Assembly (NCBI RefSeq): GCF_036365525.1
Contig: NC_090373.1
Location: 13,383,935-13,447,934, forward strand
Direction of reading: 5' to 3'
Source of the DNA: Heterodontus francisci
Taxonomy: Eukaryota
Length of the DNA: 64,000 bases
The notes under the pieces are model-generated. The model did no database searches. It had not been told where the DNA came from and saw only the letters and a list, made by a program, of their open reading frames with translations. Below are positions 24,601 through 37,322 of the stretch, in pieces. The first letter of the stretch is position 1, and every line of letters starts with the position of its first letter. A program made the position numbers and the translations under genes.

Positions 24601-26020
24601 TATAATGTTTCAAAAATAGTAGTAAGCTTGAGGATTCGGAGAGCTTCGGAAACCAACAAAGAGCCACCAGAAAGTTGATAAAAAGGGAAAAATAGAGAAC
24701 AAGAGTAAACTAGCCAGGAATATAAAAACAAATTGTAAGAGCTTTTACAAGTATCTAAAAGAGCAGCTAAAGTAAACGTTGGCCACTTGGAGACAGAGAC
24801 AGCAGAAACCATCATGGGGAATGAGGAAATGGCAGAGACTTGGAACAAATATCTTGTGTCTGTTTTCACAGCAGAAGACACAAATTACATACCGGAAATA
24901 GAGGGTAGCCAAGGAGCTAATAAGAGTGAGGAACTTAAAGTAATTAATATCAGTAGAGAAAAAGTATTAGAAAAACTAAAGGGACTAAAAGCCAACTAAC
25001 TTCTGGGATGTGATGGCCTATATCCTAGGGTTCTAAAAGAGATAGCTGCAGAAATAGTTGATGTGCAGGTTATAATTTTCCAAAATTCCCTAGATTCTAG
25101 AATAGGGTCCAGCAGATAGGACATTAGCAAATGTACCATCACTATTCAAGAAAGGAGGGAGAGAGAAAACATGGAGCTACAGTTAGACTGACAACAGTCA
25201 TTGGGAAAATGCTGGAATCTATTATGAAGGAAGTCTTAATAATGCACTTTAAAAATCATAGTATGATCAGGTAGAGTCAACATGATTTCACAAAAGTCAA
25301 ATCGTTTTTGACAAATTTATTAGAGTTTTTTGAGGATGTTAATTAATAGGGAAGATAAAGGGGAACCAGTAGACGTAATATACTTAGATTTCACAAAGGC
25401 ATGCAATAACGTATCACATAAAAAGTTGATATGCAAGATAAGGGTTCATGGAGTTGGGGGTAATATATTAGCATGGATGGAAGATTGGTTAATGGACAGG
25501 AGACAGACATTAGGGATAAAGGGACATTTTCAATTGCAAGCTGTAACTCATAGAGTTCCACAAGGATCAGTGCAAAGGCCTCAGCTATTTACCATCTATA
25601 TTATTGATTTAGACAAAGAGACCGAGAGTAATATATCCAAGTTTGCTGATTATATAAAGCTAGGTGGGAATGTAAGCTGAAAGCAGGACACAAAGAGACT
25701 GCAAAGAGATAATGTGGGGAAGCGAGGTGTTATTCACTTTCATAGTTAGAATAAAAAAGCAGAATTTTCTTTTTTTTTATAAAAGGCATGAAACTTTTAA
25801 ATGTTGATGTTGAGAGAGACTTGGGCGTACTCTTACAACGAACACAGAAAGTTAGCATGTAGGTACAGCAAGCAATTAGGATGACAACTGGCCTTTATTA
25901 CAAAGGGGATTGGAGTACAAGAATAAGGAAGTCTTGCTACAATTAAACAAAGTTCTAGTAACACCACGCCTGGAATACTGGGCATAGTCTCCATATTTAA
26001 GGAAAGATATACTTGCATTT
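21690..26020 (+). mobile_element. CR1 LINE (ORF1 esterase end and most of ORF2), interrupted by Harbinger
   Basis: ORF1 SGNH-esterase-like HRDGLHLNRAG near 21890. ORF2 ETW/LQG is split at 22252/23852, followed by VDVIYLDFTKA, VPQGSV and KFADYIKLGG. Confidence 0.85.
22253..23851. mobile_element. PIF/Harbinger DNA transposon, internally deleted
   Basis: TIRs gggcagaatt / agattccgccc and 3-bp TSD ATG (22250-22252, 23852-23854) inside a CR1. Plus-strand HARBI-like N-terminus (MSEYQCLRRLMLSQQ) and minus-strand Myb/SANT-like start (MERRPGKAAP*VSHSYLAVLL...MEVAEKV). Confidence 0.75.
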
Positions 26021-26341
26021 CTGGGTAACCATGGGAAAGAGGCAAAGGAAAATTAATGAGAGGTTATTATTGTCAGCAAGAATGGTATAAAAGAGACAGT
26101 CTACAAGACTGACCAATACTCAGAGCATGAGTTAGACCAAAAGGACCTGACACAGAATCTCGATGGATTATTAACCTCTTAACACAATGGATCCTTCTGG
26201 ATTATTAGTCACTTATTACACAGGATGTCCATGGAGAATTAACCTTTCAGTGTTCGCAATGCAGAAGAATCAACGATTCTGAGTTTCAAAGTGTATTACT
26301 GATTTAAAGGTTGTATGCATCACTATCTATAAACCTGTAAG

Positions 26342-26627
26342 GAGGCTGAAACTGGTCTACTCCACCAGCACAAAATGGGCTCGAAGTCAATCGGCAGCTG
26401 ATTGTTCACTGTCCGAACTGCTTTCCACAGACATTCACAGAACGATCATTCACACTCTTTTTGGAGACTGGTCCCCTACCCTCATTGTCACTTTTACTGG
26501 TTTGAAATTAAAAGTTTTGGAAATATTTTCCAAGTCGATCGAAAATAAAATCTGACATGGAGAAAAATCAACTGCGGATTCACCACGAGCCCATTTCGTG
26601 CTCCTGGCATAGACCAATTTGACCCCT
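26342..26627. mobile_element. MITE with ~40-bp imperfect TIRs (Harbinger-like ends)
   Basis: gaggctgaaactggtctactccaccagcacaaaatgggctcg versus the reverse complement of cgagcccatttcgtgctcctggcatagaccaatttgacccct; no clear TSD. Confidence 0.6.
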
Positions 26628-27689
26628 GTACTGTTTTTAACGTTTTTAAAACCATTGGTTAGCAAAGTTTCAAGAGTTGGTTGATCTCAAGTTTGATTAC
26701 CCTAAAGAGTTAACAGAGTTAAAGAAAAATACATTACATAAAGGACAGTACATCTCAAGTGAGTTTTTTGGAATAATTCTGTAAATAGTATAAGGCCTGA
26801 TGAGATGACCAGGGCTGCTGCCCAGGACGAGTTACTGACAGTGGTTCAGCATGACCATGTTAAATCAGCATTGACTGAAGCTCCCCTTATGTTAGCTTCC
26901 TGACAGCTGGGCTGAACCACTTCTCTGAGCTAATTCTTCCTCACACTTTATGAGCACTCAATAAGCAAAAATATTCACCCAAAGATACCAACAAAAACAG
27001 AAGCATTCTGGATTCATAATAATCTTAACTGCTTTCTTTTGTAATAGTAGCTCTAATGATGACAATAACTCTTTAAGAACAGGAGGAGGCCATTCAGCCT
27101 CTCCAGGCTATTCCATATTCAATCAGATCATGGCTGATCTGTACTTCAAACCCATTTACCTGCCTTTCCTCCATATCCCTTGATATTCTTACCTAACCAA
27201 AATATATCAGTTTCAGTCTTTAAAAGTTGAATTGACCCAACATCTACAGGCTTTTGGGAGAAGGAATTTAACATTTACACTACCCCTTGTATGAAAAAGT
27301 GCTTCCTCATCACATTTCTAACTCTAATGTTAAGGTTACACTCTCTTGTTTTGGATTTTTCCACCAGAGGAAATAGTTTCTCTGTATCGAGTCCAGCGAA
27401 TCATTTTAAACACCTCAATTAGATCACCCCTCAACCTTCTAAACTCAAAGGAATACAAGTCAAGTTTATGCTACCTGCCCTCATACTTTAACCCTTTAAG
27501 TCCTTGGTAGTACTCTGGTGAATCTGAACCGTACATCTTCCTAAGGCAGTTCCCAAAACTACATGTAGTATCCCAAATGTGGCCTAACCAAGGCTCTTTA
27601 CTTCCTTCTCTTTGTATTCCAGCCCCCTTGAGATAAAGACTAACATTCCATTAGCCTTTTTGATTACTTTTTACACCTAAGACGGCATC

Positions 27690-29030
27690 GAGTTCTATGA
27701 TGATGTAACGAGCAGGGTGGATAGAGGGGAACCTGTGGATGTAGGCCTGTGGGCCTCAAATTAGTTACAATCTATATTAACAACTTGGATGAAGGGACTG
27801 AATGTATTGCAGCCAAATTTGCTGACGGTACAAAGATAGGTAGGAAAGCAAGTTGTGAGGAGGGTCTGCAAAGGGACATCGATAGGTTAAGTGAGTGGAC
27901 AAATAGGGCGGCACTGTGGCGCAGTGGTTAGCACCGCAGCCTCACAGCTCCAGTGACCCGGGTTCAATTCTGGGTACTGCCTGTGCGGAGTTTGCAAGTT
28001 CTCCCTGTGTCTGCGTGGGTTTCCACCGGGTGCTCCGGTTTCCTCCCACCTCCAAAAGACTTGCAGGTTGATAGGTAAATTGGCCATTGTAAATTGCCCC
28101 TTAGGTGGGTAAGTAGGTGGTAGGGGAATGGTGGTAGAGAATATGGGGTTAATGTAGGATTAGTATAAATAGGTGGTTGTTGGTCGGCACAGACTCGGTG
28201 GGCCAAAGGGCCTGTTTCAGTGCTGCATCTCTTAAAAAAAAAATTTGGCAGGTGGAGCATAATGTGGGAAAATGTGAGGTTATCCACTTTGGTAGGAAGA
28301 ATAGAAAAGCAAAATATTATTTAAATAGGGAGGGGGACTACAGCACGCTGTGATAAGTTAGCACATAGGCACAGCATGTAATTAGGAAGCTGAATGGAAT
28401 GTTGGCCTTTATTGCAAGGGTGATGGAGTACAAAATTAGGGAAGTTTTGCTATAATTGTACAGGTGGTGAGACCACATCAAGAGTCCTGCATACAGTTTT
28501 GGTCACCTTATTTAAGGAAGGGTATACTTGCATTGGAGGCAGTTCAGAGAAGGTTGATTCCTGGGATGAAGGGGTTGTCTTATGAGAAAAAGCTGAGCAG
28601 GTTGGGTCTATACTCATTGGAATTTAGGAGAATGAGAGGTGATCTTATTGAAACAAATAAGATTCTGAATGGGCTTGACAGGGTAGATGCTGAGAGGATG
28701 TTTCCCCTTGTGGGGGAAATCTAGACAGGGGGCATGGTTTCAAAATAAGGGGTCAGCCAATTAAGACAGAAATGAGGAGGAATTTCTTCTCTCAGAGGGT
28801 CATTAATCTTTGGAATTCTTTACCCCAGAGAACAGTGGAGTTTGGATCATTGAATATATTTCAAGGATGAATTAGACAGATTTTTGACCTACAAGGGAGT
28901 CAAGGGTTATGGGGGGATAGGTATAAAAGTGGAATTAAGGTCACAATCAGATTGGCCACAATTGTACTGAATGGCAGAGCAGACTCGAGGGGGCGTATGG
29001 CCTACTCCTGCTCCTGGTTCTTATGTTCTA
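27690..29030 (+). mobile_element. CR1 RT to 3' end with nested SINE
   Basis: IYINNLDEG, KFADGTK and QFWSPYLRK...RGDLIET; tail ttcttatgttctatg. Confidence 0.85.
27906..28240 (+). mobile_element. HE1-type V-SINE
   Basis: Same tRNA head and V-domain as 11910-12253, with an A-rich tail; interrupts CR1 at gagtggacaaa/aaatttggcag. Confidence 0.9.
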
Positions 29031-29317
29031 TGCACCAGTTTTTAGTGATTTGTGTACATTGCTGCTCACGCTTCCAACTTTCTCACCATTTAGAAAAAAA
29101 AATAACATCTTTCTTTGATCCAAAATAAATGATCTCATACTTACACTGAACTCCGTTTGCCACAATTTTGCCCACTCACTTAATCTGCAAATGTTCCTTT
29201 GTAACTTCCTGCTTCCATTTACACAACTTACAGTGTTTCCCAACTCAGTACCAACCCTCTATTCTTTCCATCCAAGTCATACGGTGAGTTATGTATAGTC
29301 ACGCCAACTTGCTTTGC

Positions 29318-30234
29318 TGAATGATAATTTTCTTTAATCCACTGACTGGAGATCTGAATTTTTTTTGAAGAAATTTAGAGATGAACAGATTTTTAAAAAA
29401 AGATGACTTTGCAAGCAGCTTAGGATTGCAACACCGTATTCTACATTGCAAGGTTTGTGAGGTGGAGACAAAATGGCTGCTCATCCCAGCAAGAACCAAG
29501 ACCCAGGAAGTTTAAGAGAACTACCTGTTCTTTTTAGTACAAAAAGAAACATTGCTACCCTGTTTAAATCACTGGGTGACTGTCAATTGACAATCTCCTC
29601 CCGTCTGTGGTTTTAAGCTTGTGTTTCTCTACAGCAGTGAGGAGAAGCTTCTGGACTCTGACATGTGTAGACCCTAACTGGGGGTCCATCTTGCTCTCTC
29701 TCTTTCTCTCCATTTGAGCTTATAAGTTTCAAACTCTGTCTGTTGACTGACCATCTTTGCATACTCTGGCTACAATCAGAAGCCCCATTGGAGGAAATCA
29801 TCTGCATTGCTGTCTCCAAGAGACCCATCAAACCAGTCATCTACCTCTTCAAACTAAAAGCCTCAGGACCATCGAATTCAGCTAGAACCCAGCTGAATCA
29901 CCAAACCCCACAGACTGTATACTCCTTTTTTCTATGAACTCTAACTCAACCAATCTACCTTTCTCCACTATTTGTGTGTGTGTGTGAATGAAAGTTGGCA
30001 CATAATTTATTATTTTCATTAGTTCGGTTTAGGCACAATAAAGTTAACCTCTTTCTTTGTTAACCCAAGAAAACCTGTCTGATTGATTATTGTGATGATC
30101 ATAGCAAGTAAGTCATCAAACACCTACTGAATTGGTCAGTACATCCACTTTAGTAAAGAATTAAACCTGTTGTGGTCAAACAAGGAGAGGGAGAAGAGAG
30201 AAGCCCTTCCACCCCTCCTCACTTGAATGTAACA
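29318..30234 (+). mobile_element. solo LTR (probable)
   Basis: TG...TGTAACA ends, AATAAA near 30037 after a (TG)n run, layout resembling 47833-48800; no TSD recognised. Confidence 0.55.
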
Positions 30235-31313
30235 ATCATGTATCTTTAAGCAGGTATTTTGCAGCATGGGTAATACAATAAGCTTGAACTCTGCCAGTTT
30301 CCTCTGGGTTTAAATCCACACCATATTATTTAGGTTGAAAATTTCTCAACACTTCTGGCTGATCGATGTTGTCTCCCAGTCCAGCAACACCTCAATTTTA
30401 AAATTCTCATCCTTGTTTCCAAATTCCCCCATGGTCTCGCCCCTCTCTATCTTTGTAACCTCCTCCAACCCTACAGCCCTCTGAGTTCTCTGTGATCCTC
30501 CAATTCTGGCCTCCTGCGTATCTCCAATTCTCTTCAATTGCCTAGCCCTAAGCTCGGGAATTCCCTCTCTAAACGCCTCTGCCTTGCAAAATCTCTCTCC
30601 TCTTTTAAGATGTTCCTTAAAAACGACCGCTTTGACCAAACTTTGGTTCACCTGTCCTAACACGCTCTTATGTCGCTTGATTCAAATTTGGTGATAATCA
30701 TTCCTATGAAACACCTTGGGATGCGTTTGGAGAAATACTTTTGTACACTTTGGCTTGCCGTACACGTGACCTCTGATGTCATGATAAGTAAATAAAGGCT
30801 TTTGGCGGTAGCCATTTTACACATCATGTGGAACAAGGTGTCAGGAGTGAGTAGCTGGGATTTGAGAGGATTTTAATAGTTGTAAGCCAGTCAGCAGATG
30901 TGCAAAACATCAGAATTTAAAACAATTCCTGTCTGCAACTTTGTCAGGACATTGACAGCTGGGTAAGTCATTATGGCTTTGAATTTTCCAGTACCTTCTC
31001 CTATGGACATGAAGGGAGATTTGAGAGGGAATTGGCAATTCTTCCAGTCTCAGTGGCAGAATTATGAGATTGCCACAGAGTTGGACAAGAAACCCAAATA
31101 GATAAGAGTAACAACTCTGTTATCATCAATAGGGAAGGAGTGTTACAAGCTGTATTTCACCCTGGATTTCACTGAGAAGAAAAGCAAAACTTGGGAAATT
31201 TTGGAGGCTTTGAAGAGCCACTTTGAACCCTCTACTAATGTCATTTATAAACACGATGTGTTTAACACTAGAGCGCAGGAAATGAGGGAGAATATTCATC
31301 AGTATATGACTAC

Positions 31314-31924
31314 TGTTACGACCGAGGTTTGAGGAGTGCACCATCTCCCTCTAGTCCCACTACTCCACTGGTCACAACATAGATTTAAAATTATTTTAAC
31401 CAGTTATGAATATGGCCAATTATATACTTACGTCTATCTGTTTCAGAATACAAATCCACCAACCAGGTTTCTTTAATAAATAACAGCATTATTAATACAT
31501 TGTAAAACAAGATATATTCAATAATGATGCAAAGCTTATTAACACACAGATTGAAATATGAAGGTATAAATATACCCCCTTCTAAATAACCCAACACACA
31601 CGCTGGTTAAAGAAAAAATAAAGAAGCTTTCTCTGCAGAGAGCAACTTTACAAAAACAAAAATACTTTGGCCAAATACTTGTTAATTCTGAAGAAAAAAC
31701 CCAGACATGTGACTTCCCTGTAAAGAACTCCAATAGCCAGCAAGGCTCTTGCTGTTTATGTAGCTTAAGACATGTGACTTCCAGTAAGTGTTTTTAAACT
31801 AAATCCCAAGTGGCCTTCTAGTGACCCTTTAAAAAAAAAAGTCCAGCATCTCCTCAGTTATTTTCCACAGTACTTTAAACACAAATCCTCAAAAAATATT
31901 AATAATGGAAGCACCTTCATGACA
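31314..31924. mobile_element. solo LTR nested in Gypsy gag (internally shorter copy)
   Basis: TGTTACGACCGAGG...CATGACA ends with ctac/gtac flanks; both ends are homologous to 51130-52132. Confidence 0.8.
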
Positions 31925-32380
31925 GTACTGAGACATCTAGCTCAATCTTGAGAGTTTGGACAACTGAAGGATGATCTCTTCAGAGATAGGATTGTCTTAG
32001 GAACAAGAGATCCTGCTGTGAGACTATGTCTTCTGAGAGAAGAAAAGCTTATGCTCAAGAAAGCTATTGACATGCAGAGACTCTGAGCTGACTAATCAAC
32101 AGCTGAAGAGTATTGATGGAAGAATCGACGAGACTGTGCCCTAGGCTGAAAGGCAGTTCAAGTCTTTCAAACACAAGTCAATGATGAAAAGGAAGGACAA
32201 CTTTCAGAAAGGCCAGCAGAAAGATCAAGGAAGAGTACTGGATGTAAATATAGTGGAGGACACCACAAGAAGGAAAAGGAAGCAGGTCCAGCGTGGGGAA
32301 AGCAGTGCTCTAACTGCAAGAAGCTGAACCACTCGGCAAGCAGATGTTTTGCCATAAAGAAGAAAAACAAGCCTGTAAAG

Positions 32381-35300
32381 ATGGTTGGTGCAGAGATGTT
32401 GAATGATGATTCTGATGAATTACTCTACACCCGAGAACATGTTGGTGCCGTCAAGTCTCGAGGTAGAAAGTGGTTTGTGACTATTGGCATGATGACTGCA
32501 GAAGGAGAACACCAAGCTGATGTGAGGTGTCAGACAGACACTGGTTCAATGTTTAACATCTTGAGCTTCGCAGACTTGTATGAAATTGCACAAAATGATA
32601 ACCTGAATATGAAGACACTGAAGGTAAAGTTGATGCTCTATGATGGAATGATGCTCACTCCAAGAGGACAAAACAAGCTGAGAGTCCAATGCAACGGGAA
32701 GAAAGAAGAACTTCAGTTCCAGATAGTGGACGTTAAGCAAAATCCACTCATCTCGGTTGAAACAAGTCAAAATCTTGGACTGGTAACCCTCCACGTACCA
32801 GAAGAGACTTGCAGTGATTCACATGACACCAAGCCACTGACTGCTGAACAAATCCTGACAGATTGTAAAGACTTTTTCACAGATCTTGGATGCCTTCCTG
32901 GTGAATATCATCTCAAAGTAGATGAGAGTGTGAGGCCAACTCAACATCTTGCGAGGAGAGTTCCGGCTGCCCTCAAGTCCGGCCTGAAAGATAAGATAGA
33001 AGAGCTTGAAAAGTTGGGAGTAATCAAGAAAGTAACAAATCCTACAGACTGGATTAGTAGCATGGTAGCAGTGAAAGGCCTGGAAAGTTGAGAGCATGTT
33101 TAGATCCAAAGGATCTCAATAAAGCCTATACTAACCATTGAAGAGATTCTGCCTCAACTTGCCAAGGCAAAGATCTTTACTACCCTAGACACTAAGGCTG
33201 GATACTGACAAGTGATATTGGGTGAAAACAGCAGCTTTCTGACTACTTTCTGGACACCACTTGGGAGGTACAGATGGTTGTGCATGCTGTTTGTCATTTG
33301 TACTGCTCTGGAAGTGTACCAACACAGACAGGATGAGACTGTCAATGGTCTACCAGGAGTGGAAGCAATCGTGGATGATCTTCTAGTCAATAGATGGGGA
33401 GATACGGTGGAAGACGCCATCGCAGATCACAATCAGAATCTAGTGAGACTGCAAGAGAGAGCTCACCAGATGAACCTAAAGCTGAACAAGAAGAAGTTGC
33501 AGCTGAAGATGACTGAAGTCAGGTACATAGGGCATTTACTGACAGCTAAAGGACTTTGCCCTGATCCTGATAAGGTGTGAGCTGTAGCCGAGACGCAGAA
33601 ATCAATAAATGTGAAGGCAGTTCAATGATCTGTTGGATTTGTGAACTACCTAGCCAAGTTATTTCCCAATCTGTCTCCAGAATGTGAACCTCTACACAAA
33701 CTCACTGCAAAGGATATTCAGTGGTATCGGGGCACATAAGAAGCTTTCACTTGCGTCAAACAACTCGTGAAGACAAAGCCAGTGCTGAGGTACTATGACG
33801 TCAAAGAGGAAGTCACCCTGCAGTTTGATGCCAGTCAAACAGGACTTGGAGCCACCCCCATGCAACAAGGGCAGCCAGTTGTGTTTGCATCCAGAGCATT
33901 AATGCACTATGCATAGACTGAGAAAGAGGGTCTGGCTATTGGCTTTGCTTGTGAGCATTTCAACCAGTACCTGTTTGGGAGAGAGAAAGTGATGATAGAG
34001 TCTGACCACAAGCCATTTCAAAGCATCTTTCTCAAACCACTTCTATCTACTCCAAAGATTTTGCAAAGGATGTTGCTTTGTTTGCAGAGATATCACTTGG
34101 AGCGAAGTGCAAGCAAGAGAAGCAGATGCACATTGCTGACACGCTGTCAAGAGCTGGGCTCCCTTTGAAGGAAGTTGACGATGCTAGTACAGTGTGCAGA
34201 AACTTCCAGATTCAACAAGAAGCAACAGCACAATGTGCTCTGGAAGTCATCAACCCAGCAGAGACATTGGGCTGGATTTAGTTCTCCCCCAGGCCTCCGG
34301 GAGAGGGCCGTCACGCACCCCGATGCCGGCAGGGCCCGGCCTGACATTGTCAGCAGCAGCAAGACCTCATGTCGGCCCCCCTACTGCTTGGCGAAGGACC
34401 CCATTTGCATATTTAAATAAATTTAAATTAATGAATTAATCATACTTACGTCGCCGTCTGAATTCCCGCTTTGATCTTCAGTCCAATGGCCCGCGCCTTC
34501 GGATCCCTGTCTGGGCAAACGAGGTGCCACAGTGGTGAGGAAAGGGCAGGAGGTAAGTTTCTCAGTGCGGGAGGAGGGGGAACAGGGTCAAAGTAACATC
34601 ATTGGTGTAGGGGATGGTGGGTAGGGTTGGAGGTTAAAGTTTATGCAGTTTGGCGGGGTGGGGGGGGGGTGGGGGAAGGTGGTCAAATTGTGTAGGTAAG
34701 GGTTTTGGAGGGGGGGGGGTAGGAAACTTAATAATTTTATGGTTATTGGGAGGTAGGGTGGCAAAATAAATGTGTTTAATTTACTTAATTCACTTTAGCT
34801 TTAAATATTTAAATCTGCCAGTAGGGGTGATAGCCCTTTAAAAATGGCATCAGCTCCTGCACACAGGGCCGCCGTTTTTTTCGCAAGCCCCCAACATCAG
34901 CACTGAAAATTCAGCCCATCGAATCTGACTGAGAAGTATCTTGCTCAAATCAAGCAAACAATGCAACTCTTCAAGTGCTATAGACAGTTAGTGATGAAAG
35001 GCTGGCCTGTGCAGCCACACAAGCCATCAAGGAATCAAGTCTAGTCTGAGGAAGGCAAGAGAAGTGCTCTACTGTTCAAACAAGAACAATGAGATTCAGG
35101 ACTATATCAGCCAGTGCAGTGCTTGCAACGAGCATTAAGCTGAGCAAGTTAAAGAGACCCTCATGACTCCTGATATCCCAGACAGACCATGGATGAAGCT
35201 TGGAGTAGACCTCTTCATTCTCACTGGAACTCAATACCTCATCACAGTTGACTACAATTTGGATGAGTGGGAGTTCAACCAACTGACGTCAACAACTACC

Positions 35301-35900
35301 AGTGAGATTGTAGAATGCCTGAAAGCACATTTCAGTCATCATGGCATTCCCGACAATGTGAAGAGCAACAATGGCCCTCAGTTCACGAGTGAAGAATTCA
35401 GACACTTAATGAACAATGGGGAAATTCATCACTACACATCATCTCCACACTATCCGCAGTCAAATGGAAAAGCTGAGGCAGTGGTGAAAATTGCCAAAGG
35501 ATCATAAAGTAATCTACTAGATCCAGCACAGATGTGTACAAGGCAATCTTAGAGAGGGGAGAAACACAGCTACTGAAGGTAAGAGAAGTAGTCCAGTCCA
35601 GTGACTAATGTCACGCTGCACCCATACGACTCTTCCAACAGCTAAGAAACCATTGAAGCCAGAAGTAGTAACAGGTGTGAGGGACAAGAAAGTCAAATGT
35701 CACTTTGATAAAACTGACAAATCGGTGCCAGAGCTGAAAGTTGGAGAGCCGGTCAGAGTGCAAACATTCAACACACTCAAATGAGCCCACTTGGCAACTT
35801 GGGACTTGAATGAAGAAGTTGTCACCTCAATCATACTAGGTGAAGGTGAATGACCAGATCTATTGTTGCAACAGTATACATCGACGCTCAACTGGAGAAG
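32381..35900 (+). pseudogene. Gypsy pol (PR-RT-RH-IN) pseudogene
   Basis: ORF fragments 32381..33091, 33212..33580 and 35163..35507 in Gypsy domain order; split by the MITE at 34269-34917. Confidence 0.9.
34269..34917. mobile_element. Harbinger-like MITE nested in Gypsy pol
   Basis: TIRs gggctggattt / aaattcagccc and 3-bp TSD att/atc; removing it restores pol PAETLNLT. Confidence 0.8.
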
Positions 35901-36599
35901 CTGCTCCTGATGAGACAGATCTGAGTTCACCAACGGAACAAGAAACTGAAAGACCATCAGTCCCAGAGGTCAACCGCACTCCAACCAGCTCAACAGATCA
36001 GCAGCAAAAATCACCACAGCAAGAACATTCCCCAGATAAAGGACACCAGCAACATCACCCAAGAAACCAGCTGACACCAGACGAACAGCCAACAACTCGG
36101 CCACGTACCATAAAACAACCCGAACGCTTTAAAGATTGTGGGTAAAACGCGTGCATCAGGACAGACAAATTTGAAAGGACAAGAACAGATTTTTTAAAAA
36201 TGAGAACGGGGAAGTTTGGAGAAATACTTTCGTACACGTTGGCTTGCCATGCACCTCTGATGTCATGATACATAAATAAAAGCTTTTGGCAGTAGCCATT
36301 TTACATATCACATGGAACAGGATTCTTAACTATGTTAATGACACAATATTAATGCAAGTTGTTGTTGTTGTTGTAAGGCTCTTAAATGAAGTAAGAATGG
36401 AAATTTTTAGCCCAGAGTATAAAACTGATCCTCATTTTATACCAAATTGGCACTCTCACTTAGATTACTGATGTGGTTAGAATTTACACTGCTGCAGTAA
36501 GGCATCCTCCTTCTGAGTTCACTCACAGAGTAGAGGGAGCTTTACAGGACATCTAACCACACTATATTGGCCTGAGGGTGGGTGTTTGATACTGACACT

Positions 36600-37322
36600 G
36601 GGAGCTGAAATTTTAGGCCCTGATGGAGGCGGGCATGGAGGTGGCAGCTGCAGAATTTCGTGCTGCCAGCTGGCATGCCTGTTTCCCAGTTCCAACCTGC
36701 CCCAGGGATCATTTTCCCGGAGGCAGAATGCGGGGGAGGGGGGGGCAGGTCGACCCTGCTGCAAGCAGCAGGGAGCTGATACACTTAGTTAACAGCCTAT
36801 TAAGGGCCTATTGTCAGAAGCTAACTGGGGCCTGGAGGCAACAGGGAACAGTCTGGCGGCCTGAAGGTGGCCTCCCGGCGGCAGACCGGGGGCCCAGTCT
36901 CCGGGCAGGCTTAAGAGGCCCACCCTTGCCTGCATGGCTTCAGGTACAGCCGCAGGCCACCCTTCGGAAGAGGTCACCCCACAATGGTGCCCTGGCCACT
37001 GAAGCCATTCTTTATTTTAAATTTAAGATAGTTGGAGAGAGGGTGCCTCCACGTTGTGGCACCCTCTCCCTCACTTGCCTGCAAAGTCATCATGCTGCTG
37101 CTTCCGCACTGGAAGGCCTCCAATTGGCCCTCCAGCTCTGGGAGCCTGCCCGCCAATTCCGTCCCCTGGCCACTAATTGGCTAATTCAGGGAAAATCACA
37201 GATGAGTGACTGCTTCCCACACACTGCGGGCTTCTGACCCCCATTTGAGCCTGAAATGCGCAAGGGAAATCCGACCCCGGATGCCGGAAATATGAGGCAA
37301 TCCCATACCCCAAAACTGGCGC
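36600..37322. mobile_element. Harbinger-like GC-rich MITE (degenerate TIRs)
   Basis: Ends gagctgaaattt / aaaactggcgc; GC-rich interior shares the ttaagggcc motif with 44784-45461 and 52572-53267. Confidence 0.55.

Larger units (their letters stand above)
27075..29280 (-). mobile_element. CR1 3' portion (27075-27690 and 29030-29280) split by a plus-strand CR1
   Basis: Minus-strand CR1 motifs (KLQRNICRLSEWAKLWQ) and 3' UTR lie on either side of the 27690-29030 insertion. Confidence 0.65.
30724..36319 (+). mobile_element. Ty3/Gypsy LTR retrotransposon (Mag-like), full length, inactive
   Basis: LTRs at 30724-30835 and 36213-36319. tRNA-Leu-like primer-binding site (PBS) aggtgtcaggagtg at 30836 and polypurine tract gagaacggggaa. 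TSD ggatg/ggatt. gag from ATG 30973 with knuckle PAWGKQCSNCKKLNH; PR DTGS, RT IVDDLLV, RNase H DAS, IN DRPWMKLGVDLF...SSPHYPQSNGKAE. Many stops. Confidence 0.92.
30345..36375 (+). mobile_element. L2 3' end (30345-30723 and 36320-36375) hosting the Gypsy insertion
   Basis: VQQHLNFKILILV...HGLAPLYL; the L2 tail resumes after the 3' LTR (tatgttaa...atgcaagttgttgttgttg). Confidence 0.75.

Noticed and set aside
36623-37237. 204-aa ORF (also the 170-aa ORFs at 44803-45545)
   Set aside because: These are stop-poor frames in GC-rich MITE interiors with no transposase motifs.
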